64,000 nucleotides of DNA, from contig NC_083277.1 in NCBI RefSeq assembly GCF_963506605.1, forward strand, positions 41,912,001 through 41,976,000, read 5' to 3'. Source of the DNA: Zootoca vivipara (lineage: Eukaryota). A model generated the notes under the pieces. The model saw only the letters and a program-made list of their open reading frames with translations, searched no databases and had not been told where the DNA came from. Numbering within the stretch: the first letter of the stretch is position 1; every line of letters starts with the position of its first letter. Both the position numbers and the translations under genes were made by a program. This document shows, piece by piece, positions 21,356-33,100 of this stretch.

Positions 21356-24300
21356 CTGTGAAGATGAAGAATAAAGTTGCTAGCATTGGTTTCTGAGAGA
21401 ACCTCAAATTAACTCAACATTTCTCTTTGGTTTACTTGTTCACTATCTGAGGTCTCCATATCTCTGACAGAGATGTAAATAGATTCCTCTAGCGCCTGTT
21501 CAGTCATGGCCTTTACATGTCCATCAAAGAAGCTGTCAAGATCTGCCTAAGGAATAACTCATGGAAAATAGCTTCTTGTTTTCACAACATCCCCTCTAAG
21601 GGAGCTTCCAGGCCAGCAGTTTACTGAGCATTTACAAGTAACTTGCACAGATGTTATACAATGTCACTGGCTTATTGAGTGGTCATCCTGACGTGTCTGC
21701 ACGAATGTTACACAACACTGCCAGTTAGAGGCTGTTATCCTACAATTTCTACTGCAATTTCCCATCACTTTTCTTGTCAGACTTTTTGCAACGAGAAAAC
21801 TGATGGGATAATTTTACTAGAACATGCAGATCAAGAGCCAACATTTGTTGGGGGTTTGCATGACTGCTCAGGTATGGCAATTCCTACAAGGGAAGTCCCA
21901 TGTTACAGTTGTGGAAGCAGAGGTCAAGGCGAAGAAGTAATGACTTGCCTCAGGCAAACCAGTAGTCCATGGCAAAGAAAGCATTTGATCAAGCAACTTC
22001 CTGGTTAGTATATTGGCTGTGTCTTAGTTAAACCAATGTACATTTGATGGGCAGAGCACACAATGGATGGGGAGATCCACAGATCTGGCTGTGGAGTGTG
22101 CACTGGCCTTTCAATGTAGGGAGGCCTAATGATATCTATGATCAAACCCTGGGCTGAGCAAGGAAGATGAACAGGTCCACCATTGTGGTCTGAATGTGTG
22201 GCTTGGAAGTAGCAATGCGATACAGTCATACCTTGGTTTAAGTACGCTTTGGTTTGAGTACTTTCAGTTTAAGTACTCCGCGGACCCATCTGAAACGGAT
22301 GAATCCACTTCCCATTACTTTCAATGGGAAAGTTTGCTTCAGGTTAAGTACGCTTCAGGTTAAGTACGGACTTCCAGAACCAATTACACTCATACTTCGG
22401 GTTAAGTACGCTTCAGGTTGAGTACTCCATGGACCCGTCTGGAACGGATTAATCCACTTTCCATTACTTTCAGTGGGAAAGTTCGCTTCAGGTTAAGTAC
22501 AGACTTCCGGAACCAATTGTGTACTTAAACCGAGGTACCACTGTATTGCCCTGTGAGGTTTTAAGGGCTAAAGTTTCCAGCCAGTGAAGAAAAGAAAAGA
22601 AAAGGCTAACCACGTACTGTGACAGTTTGTGGCAAGCTCTCTCCCCGGTTCCTGGTAACATAGGTAACAGCGTCATGTACAGATGCGAAAAGGTGCTGCT
22701 TGGTGATGGTCTGGCTGAAGAAATTCCCTCTTTCCAGCTGGGTAATGATGGAAGCTACATGGGGGGGGAAAAGGAAAAGCCATTTGAGGGTGCTGTTCCA
22801 GGCCACTTCTGCCAACTGATGCCAGCCACACTAACCATGAATGCTCAAACCCACCTATCACCCGCTTTTTCCTGTAAGCCAAGAAGATAGGGATTTGATG
22901 GCTGGATCAGACTAAGGGTTTGTCTCCAGTGGTGGCTGCCCAGATATCCCTGGGAGCTCACAAGTTGGGCATGATGTAAGAGCCATGGCACAGAGCAGCT
23001 TCTTCACTTAGGGCCAAACCAGGCATAATGCTGATGTGGGAGAGATCTATGTTTAGGACCTCCTACTTAGTGTGAGGAGTGTGTCTGCTTAGCTAACTAG
23101 CAGCCCCCTGCAGTTGCTCTGGGAACTGGTGCTCTGGGAAAGAGTCTTTCATTTTTTTCATCCCTTTCCCTGATCTAAATCATTCCCAGATGCTATTACC
23201 ACCACAGGGGAGATGGGAGACACTTTTGCCCTTGAAGTTGCTGATCTAAAGGGGGGGGGGCAGAGGAAGAATTAGACTGGGCAAAGGTCGGCTGCTGTGA
23301 TGCCTTCCAGATGTTGTGGGACCCCAAGCAGTAGCAGCTGAAGCAAATGTAGTGAATTCTCAGTGTTATACAAGGACATTATACAATGACTCCAGAAGGA
23401 AGGAAGAACAAAGAGGCTTCTCCAATGTGCTCTGGCTCCTTTCTTTGGCCTTACTCCGCCCCCTCCAGCCAGGCGTCCTTTGTCCTAGCTGGCCAGGTGG
23501 TGGGTCATAGGACAAGTCGCTCAGGTGGGTTGCACTGGCCAGGTAAGCCCCGCGCGGTGTCGCAAACCCCGCCCACCTGACGGGGAGGGTGAGGGCGGAT
23601 ATTGTGCCACATATCATGAATAGTTAACAAGAGTCAGGTTCAAAGTTTAGCCTGAACAACTGTGCGTCCCACTGTCATTTAACACAAATTTCAGTCAGTT
23701 ATGTCCTGGACCCTCTGCCACAGCATCTGAGTCACTGGCACCTTCCGCCCTTCAGTAGCACATTTTTTAACCAATTCCAAGGCTTGATGGAATAATGTGA
23801 CTATGAAACAGAAGAAGTCCAACGGGCAGGAGGAAGGCGCATCCAGGACAAAGCCGAGAACAGAGGAATCACCAGTGATAGAAGATGCACACACTCTCCG
23901 GTTGTGTTAGGCTTCGGGGAATCGGATCCCACCCCTGGTGGCAGTGAAGAAGCAGATCAAACGAAAGGAGCGTTCTTTCCAGTGAGTTTCTTTAATAATC
24001 ACAGCGAGAGACAAAAGAATGCATATCTCTTCTAGAAATGGCTTTGTTCCCGGTACAGGCTCACCATCTCCTCTCCCATTAATCTACGTCACTCTTTACC
24101 TCAGGTAATTTGAGCTTGCTGCCTCTGCGCTCTCTGTTCTATCACTCTCAGAGCCCGCCTAGTCTTAGGCAAAGGTTGTGTGTGTGTGTGTGTGTGTCTG
24201 TCTGTCTGTCTGTCTGGAATGCTGTCCAAAGATACTGAATCTGCCAGCTGTCTCTCTCCTGGTGTTTCCTTTTCTAGCTGTTCCTCACCCAGTATTTCCC

Positions 24301-27129
24301 AGCTTTTCCCCTCTGGACTATGCCCCTCTGCAAACCACTGTTCTGAATCAATACTGTCCTCCTGCCCTTGGGAAAGTTCAGGAGAAAGGGGAGGCAGTGG
24401 CTCCCACCATTCCTCCTCAGTCCAGCTCCTGACAGGCTATGACTTGCTTACTGCAGTGTGGTTGACCCGTGACTTCCTAGAACTCCTTACCATGGCAACC
24501 GACGAGAAACACGTCCACTTCAATCTCTTGGAAATCTTTAAATATCTGCCAAGGACAACAAGCATAAACAACTGAGACAAGATACTTTGCAGGAACCTGA
24601 GGGGGTTACATTTGCCTATCCTGCCACGGCAGGGCAGCTCCAGATACTAGGAAGTTATTCCACAAAGCCCACATGTTATCTGCATGGACCTCCCTGTGCA
24701 ATCTTTTGCTTGAATCAATGAATTTTGGCAGTGGTTAAGGTGTCTGCCAAAGAAAAACTGAGAAAATAGAATGCCTTCCTCACATTTGACTGATTTGGAT
24801 TATTTGGTGTCTTAAATGCCAGTAATTTCTGTGACAGATGTGATTGGCAGAGAGAGAGAGAAGCAATTAACAGATGAAAGTGGGTGATGAACAAGGATCA
24901 GAAGCACAGATTAGCCATCACAATGTAATCAAAGCCAAAAGTTTGATGGAGACCCCTTTTGTAGGGCCAATGACACAATGTTAAATCTCCCCTTTAAAGT
25001 TAGTATTATCACCAGTGGGGAATGCAAAAAACAAAACCCCAAAACAAATACCAGCTTCAGAGGAGGGATTTCCCTCAGGACTCCAGCAGGGGAGGAAAGG
25101 GCTTAATTCCTTCTCTAATCCTGCTACATATCAATCCCCTCTTCACAGCCCCTTTTAGCTGGTGCTGTCTGCATTTTAAGAAACCTACAGGTTTAGATGC
25201 AAAGCTGCATTTAACCTCACATGGAGTTTGGCTCTCAGTCATCTAGCTGGCAGTCAAGCAGCTCAGGCCATCTGAAACCCCTCCCTTTCCAGAGGTCTTC
25301 CTCATGAGGCAGATTTGCCTTTTGGATTTGGCTGCACGCAGAACAACTCTCTCATGACAGGTGCCCTCTCCTGGTTGTTGTCCTCTCCTTACGTTTTTAA
25401 AGGTCTTTATGCCGACGGTGTCCACAAAGTTGACAGGGCTGAGGTCCAGGATAAGCGAGTGAAGAGGAGGCTTCTTCAGTCCCAGGGAATGCAAAGTGGG
25501 GTTGCCAGAAGGTAGTGGCTGGCTCTGGTTTTGGGGGGCCAAGTCATCTCCCAGTTCCTGTGAGGAAAGAAAAATCACAGTATTTTCCCCCCAACATGAA
25601 ATAGTGTTCTGGCCATAGGGTTTTCTCAGGTTGGCTCTGCTCATAGGGTGTCTCAGCAACACTAAGGGTGGGTGAGAAATTCACTTCACTTCACATTTAA
25701 TTTGCATATTCCAAAACACCACATGGAACTAAACACAACCACCCTTGAAAATTCACGCTTTTGCAAATTTCGCAGTGCAGTTCTCTAGTCAAGCAACGTG
25801 CACAAAAATGCACATACCGCAGTAAAACATGCCTAAAAATGCACATGCTAGTGTACTGATATTAATATGACAAAAGCGATTCATATTAAGGGAAATGTAA
25901 AAATTAGGGAAAATATGCTTTGCACAAAATCTGCATATATGGCAAAAATGCATACAAAATGCGTATATTAGAAGTTCGAACTGAAATGCTGCTGAATTTG
26001 CATAAGGACTTTAAAAATAATCACAAACCAATGTGGAAATGTGGAGAATTGAAGTTAAGATTGGGAAAATGAGGTACTAAGAGAAAACAAAACTGGCAGA
26101 TTCACCCATCTCTATTCAGAAGATGTACAGAGAGCTGAAGCCGCAGGAACAGCCCTTTTGGAAAAGGAGCAGGGGTGGACTTTGTTAATCTTTTGTAATA
26201 TGGCCAAAATTTTGCACCCCCAAATGGATCTTCTCAATTATGGATCATCTCAATTTTGCTCCCCCTTGGCTTGGAGCCCTGTGCAAGGGAACGGCCCGCA
26301 CTGCCCTAAATCTGGCACTGAAAGGGGGTTTCCATCTCCCTCATAATATGCTGGACTCTAACATCTTTGGGATGTTTCATTGCACATGTAGGCCGCCTCT
26401 CGGATATTTTGTATCTCATATTGTTTTTGGATTATTCCATTTATTACAATTAATTTATGAGTTGTCTAAAAGGAAAAAAAATCCTCTAGGCAACAGGTTC
26501 TGTTCTCATTGGCCTGGTTCGCATGTCATGCAAAGCCAAACCATGGCATTGCAGGAACTCATGGGCTCCCAAGGAGGAAACTGCATCTGCTGGGCTCCTC
26601 AGCGATTGTTCTGTTGCTGTGCTGAGTGAAGCCATGATTTCCCTTAACATGTTGTCAGAACCCAGGCTTGTAGTTTAGGACAAACCTCGGTTATAACTTG
26701 TGGTCAGTCTGGAGAGCGGCAACTCAGAAGCCTAGGTTCATGTGACACATTAAACCAAATCAGGGCATAGCAGAGCAGCAGAGTGACAGGAGAGGAGCAA
26801 AAAAAAAGCTCTGGGAGCCAGCACATTTCCACTAAACCATGGTTTGACTTTGTATGACATGCAAACCAAGCCAATGGGAAGATGTGCATACAGTCCTTGC
26901 AGTGGGGAAGCTCCTCAGTGAAGGAGAGGCATAAAACTGATTGCAAGCGGAAAGCCCAGGTCGCTTTGTGTTTTGCAACCCTCTTTTTGTGCCACAGCTT
27001 TTCTAACAGCTCTGGTGGGGAGTCACTTTATCAACAAGTATGAAGGGTTTGTGGCAAGTCTACTCAGAGACAGACCAACAGATTTTGGTGCCTGAGACAA
27101 CAAATCCAGATTGCCCCCATGGTACCAAA

Positions 27130-27162
<33 letters not shown>

Positions 27163-30100
27163 GGTTTTACTCATATGATCATGTTAAATGCCTGCTCCCG
27201 GAAATGTTGACCGCAACTTTCTTTCATGACCAGATTGATAAATACCTGTGGCCTTGCCTCCATATCTATATCCACAAACCCCAGGTTGTTGCTCCCAGAG
27301 TCACACACCGGTTTGAACTGAGAAGCCATTTTCTGTTATCAAAACAAGAGCAGAACAGAAGTCCGCATGAACTCAAAGCAATTGTGTCTCCATGTGACAT
27401 TTTGAGAACCTCCATAAATTACTTCTGGGACAAAGAGCAGCAGGGCAGAAGGAACAGAGAAGTTACATCTTCCGGCTTGAGCTTCTATAGAAAGCTTCAA
27501 ACCCTGTGCCCTTGTGGCTGGAAGATGTCCTTGAACTATGACATACAGGATAGAGCATGTGTAGTGTGTGAGCATGTGTAGAAACTGGACCTACTCTACT
27601 GTTCATTGCTCTGGCCATTTTTGCCTCCAGCCCTGCTCACCTCTGGTTTGTGGCCACTGTAAGGTTGCCCAGAATGGAATATGGCCCTTGTGCTGAAAAA
27701 GATTCCCCACCTAAATGGATCTCACTTCAGGTTGAAAATGGGGTAACTATCCTGTGAACCTCCAGATGCTGGAGAACTCCAATCCCTATCAGCTCCAACC
27801 AGCGTGGCCAGTGGTCTGGAATGATGGGAGTTGTAGTCCAACAGCATCTGAAGGGCTACAGGTCAACTATTCCCAAGTTAAAACATGGTTGCCTTAGGCT
27901 GTATTAACAAAATATGCAAGTACTTGCAAAACACCAAAGGTCCTTTTAGCAAAAGTGTGCTTAGTGTCATGTATGAACAGGTCCCCACATGAAAACAATG
28001 ATCTAGCTGCCTTTCCTTCTTTCCTCAAATTATTTATGAATTAACTACACACACAATAAACTTCATGGAAACACACTAATTAGCAATTTAGAAGAAAATG
28101 GTCCACCTTTGCCTTCTTGGCTTCCTCCTTGTCTTTTTTCTGCTTCTTCTTTAGGGCTTTTTTCTTCTTTTCAACAAGATGGTCCACATCAAAGCCACAC
28201 TGAAAAAGAGACAAATATTTAAACTGGCCTCAACCAGGGCCAAGGCCTTTTGGGCTTTGGCCCCAGCCTGGTGGAACGCTCTATCGCAGGAGACCAGGGC
28301 CCTGCAGGACTTGATATCCTTCTGCAGGGCCTGCAAGATGGAGCTGTTCCGCCTGGCCTTTGGTCCGGGCCCAGTTTGACCCCCCTCTATGGGACCCTGT
28401 AAGTTACCTCTTTGGCCCTTTTTATCAGCTCATGCGGGACCGACATGGATAGCTGGCCCTGATGAATACTTGAGGTTCCCAACCCCAATGGTTGTAATTT
28501 CATGGGTAGTCATTTAATTTTACCCTGATTCTAATTTGTAAGCTGTATTTTAATCAATTGTTTGATTGCGTTTTAATGTATTTGACATTTGACGTTAGCC
28601 GCCCTGAGCCTGGTCTTGGCCGGGGAGGGCGGGGTATAAATAAAAATTTACTTACTTACTTCTTACTTACTAGCAGCCATTGGTTTTAGCAAGGTATAGA
28701 TCACTCTAGCCTGTTTGCTTATTTCAGGCATCCCCAAACTTCGGCCCTCCAGATGTTTTGGACTACAATTCCCATTATCCCTGACCACTGGTCCTGTTAG
28801 CTAGGGATCATGGGAGTTGTAGGCCAAAACATCTGGAGGCCCACAGTTTGGGGGTGCCTGGTTTATTTCCTATGTGCTCCTTGTATGTGTTATATAGTGA
28901 TCCCCATAGCCATGGTCTATGAGCCTCTTTCATACTATGAATTCTGTTGGGCTTTTGCAAATGAGGCCCAAGTGGCCTCAGGTAATGGATGAGGTGAGTA
29001 ATTTAGGTGCTGCCAATTGATCCTGCTCTATTGTTAGAGGACCAAGCGTTGACAGTGGCATGAAGAAACTTGCTAAGACGTTGTTGTGCCCCTTCCAAGC
29101 TAGAGTGAAGCAGACTACGGCTATTTACACTCTGATAATCTCCAGGTTAGACTACTGTGATCTGTTGTACATAGGGCTGCCTTTGAAGGCTGCCTGGAAG
29201 CTGCATTAGTTCAAAACACGGCTGCTAAGCTACTGGTTGGGACCAAAGCTTTGGGAAACATGCCTTGCCAGTTCTTAAAGAACTCCACTGGCTTCCAATC
29301 TGTTTCCAAGCACAATTCAAAGTGCTGGTGCTTACCTTTAAAGCCCACCCTGGCTTAGGTTTCAGATGTCCGAGAGAACTTTTTTTCTCCTGTATCAACC
29401 TCTCCAAACACTAAGATCTTCCTCCAATGCTCTCCCACCAGCTATGTCTATGTCAGAGGGGGGGGGTCTATTTGGCTCAGGCATCTCACTTGTGGAATTC
29501 CCTCCCTAGGATAGTTTGTCTGCTAACTATGCTAATATCATTTAGGCACCATCGCTGTGAGTTTAATTGTATGCCCCTTGTATGCCCATGGCAAACGATG
29601 TTCAAAGCAGATCACAATACTGGAAAAGCGTACATAATAAAACAGTGAATTATCTTGAAACGTTGCTCGAGCAACTACCATGTCTAACAAAAATTAAACT
29701 GTCACACAAATATTAATAGGCCAATTAAAATGGGCTCACGCTAGTGAATATATATAAAGATTAAAGAACCTGCAAATAGTTAATACAAAGGCCTAACAAC
29801 AGGAATATAAGAACATAATCCAAACAGCAGCAAAACGAAACGAAAAAACCCCCCACCGTTCTCCAAAACAAAAATCTTACAGCTGTCCCACCCAGCAGCA
29901 ACCCTTAAATAAGACCCATTCACATTCACACACACACACACACACACACCCTGATGGCCTCTGCATGCTTATTATGTTGGGGCTGAAGAATGACTAAACA
30001 GGCTTCACTCTATGCCTCAGTTTCTTTCTATATAAAATCTGAGCAGAGAGGACTAAGAGTACTGTGGGAATAGAGACTCTGTCACATTTGTTTGTCTTTT

Positions 30101-33100
30101 CCCTCTAAGCGGAATACAGTCCAAAGCCATTTTATTTCTAATGCATTAGTCATCCTGGAGACCCTCTGCCCCCCCCCCCCAAGAAATATGAGGGACATCT
30201 TCTGAACCCTCCTCACCTTCTTCTTTAGGGCTTCTACATAAAGGTCAGCATTAGCAAAATAGACCGTAGCAGAGGAGCGGAAAATCTTCATGCCTGGGAT
30301 CTCCTCAGCCTGGAAACAGAACAAAACAAGGAGTTAGTACGGTGTCACAGTAGCTTGAACCTAGGGAAACTTTTGTTCAGATCCCCACTCAGCCACAAAG
30401 CTCACCACCTCGCTGTGGACAAATTACAATCTAACATCTCTCAAGTGGTTTTGTGAAAATAAAACAGAAAGTAAGTCGATGGTTGATCCCCTGTGCTTCT
30501 TGTTAGGATTCTTGCCTCGTGTTGCAGTTATGGGATTGGTTTTATCACATGACGGTGTATGTTTTCATTCCACATAGTGGGAAGTGACGGAGACAGGATG
30601 TTTGTATTACTGTGTTTCCGTGATGTAGGATGTTTGTTCCTTTGTCTCTTTCTCTTTGCTGTTTGATGCTGATGAGGAAGGAGCTGAGTTAGAATGCTCT
30701 GAGTGTATTATATGTAAATAAAGTAGTTTAGCCAAAATGCTGTGCTACTGAGTCTTTTACGCTGACAGCCAAGACTCTGCTGATCCTGAAGTGTGCTGAT
30801 GCCTGCAAGGCATCAGTCGCTGTGTTGTTGGGGCTGGAGAAAGCTTCTGAAGCTCCCGAACGACCAGGAGGGAGAGAACATGCCAGTTGGGCATGTGTCT
30901 CTGCCGGATGCCTACACATGTGTAGGACCTCCTAACAGGTGGGATAAGTATTTGATAAACAAAAAAGAAAAAGAAAAAAAGGCTAGGCTTTTGTACAGGG
31001 CACGTGATTTCTGTGGCTAGAAATCTGGATTCGAGACAGCACTTGGTGAAATGTTATGTGGTTGAACAGAGGTTGCTCCTAGTAAGATGTGAGCAAAAGG
31101 GCTTGAGAAGGATAAACCCTTCTGCATCTTGGGATTGCCTCATCCCAGCCCTCCATTAGGCATGCACATCTTCCTGGCTCTTCCCGCTCATGTTTGCTTT
31201 GGTCCAAGAGGAAGCACAGTGCTTTGTTTTTCAAAGCACACACACCATTTTCTACATAGCCCCTCCATAGTCATCTCCCCGAGTCGTTTTTTCAAATTTA
31301 CTTACCTTTTGATATTCAGCTACATCTCTGTAAACATCAGTTGTGGGCACTTGTCCTAAAATGGAATAATGGGGCCTTAGAGAAGATGGGGAAAGAGGGA
31401 TTAGCAAAGACTCTGTTCAGTCTACTTAGCAACAACTTCATGACACCTGGAATTTTATGTTGATGGAGAAGTTGCCAAATTCATATGGGTGAAAGTTGGA
31501 ACTTGTTCAATACACCAGTCTGAGATTATGACAAGTGTCAGTTCCAGTGAGAAGGATCTCCTGGGAGGTGAACACATTGGTCGGACATCACCACGCTTTC
31601 ATTGTTACAGATTGCTGCATTGATGAATGCCAAAGATCTAACACAGTTCCTGTAATATTTATTTCTTCCCAAATGTGTGGCCACTGGCTGTCCTTAAGAG
31701 AAAGGGCTATGAAGTGCTTCTGTTCAGGCTAAAATTGCTGGTAATGATACATCTTTCCTGGCTATGGCTTGCTCTCTGCTTTGGCTCTGATTCTTGGCTT
31801 GATCTTCTGGGTTCCTGGCTCAGCTCTGACATTTTAACTGAGTGGCACCAGGAGGTGGTACCAGAATGCTACCATTCTTCTGCTACCTGGCAAAGGGCCA
31901 TTCCCAAACCCACTTCCCCCTCTCCTTTGCAGGCCAAGGAATACTCACATCTGGGTCCGGAAGATTACGGTGAGAAGTGAAAAGGCCACAGCAACCCCCA
32001 GTCCCATGTCAAGATTCAACACAATAGTAGCTATAAAAGTTACAATCCAGATCAGCTGCAGAGCGTGGGGGGGGGGGGAGAGAGAGAAACAATAGATAAA
32101 GTGTAAGTAAAATTGTCCCCAAATATCAACAGAAGACTTAAGGAAAACTTGCTGAATTATGCAACTGTCTTTCCTAATCTACAACCGTTCCCTGTTGCAC
32201 CAAGCCGTTGGGACTGTTCAGAAGCTTCAAGGCAATGACACAGAGGTCTATTGCCTCCATGGCAACTGCAGAGTTATCCAATGGGTGGTAGAGGGTGGCT
32301 AATATACATTGTGCAGGCTACACACAGCAGGTGTGGAGCCCCTGGATGCTCCTAAGCATTATTATTATATTTATACCCCTGTCTCTTTACTGAAGTACAC
32401 AAGGCAGGATAAAATAGTGCAATACAAACAAAGTATGAAAGACAGCCTAAAAACTAAAGCAGAGCTAAAACAATAGCTTTAAGTTATTTTAAAGAGCATG
32501 CATGTGATCATCCAGGGATGTGTTGTTCCTGCATACACCAGGAGATGCACGGAAGCGTGGATCCTGGCACCGTGGGACACATGGTAGCCTTCGTGAAGGC
32601 TGTCGCGTTGCTCACGTAAGGTGAGCTTTCTGCACTTCGCTGCAAAGTTTGCAATGAGCCCAAGCATCTCGGCTGCAGTTGCCAACATTTACACCACTGC
32701 CATGTGCCAGGAGCAGCAGGCGAATCAGTCGCTGGAGTAACGAAGCCAAGACACACAGCAGGGGTCTGGAAAATACTTCAATAAATACAAATTATTTGCT
32801 AGCGAGATCTGCAGGAAATATATATTTGAATGCTGCCCCTTCTTTTCATTTCTGGGTAGAAAAACCACAACAACAACATTCCGGCACATAGAAAACTAGA
32901 ATGTTTGGGATAAAAATTGTAGCACTGAGATTTCTTTATGACTCAAGGGTTCTATGTGAAGGGATACCCCAAACCCCCACTCCTTAGGGGAAGCATTCAA
33001 ACATTTAATCCTGTGTGTTTTAGTTAGGGAGGACCAGTTTGGTTTCACATATTTTTCCAGGTGTCTGCTAGAGAGACATCTGGTTTGCTGTTTTGGAGTT

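Noticed and set aside
23942-23972. TGAAGAAG...CGAAAG hammerhead-like string
   Set aside because: There is no stem II or stem I pairing and no core C.
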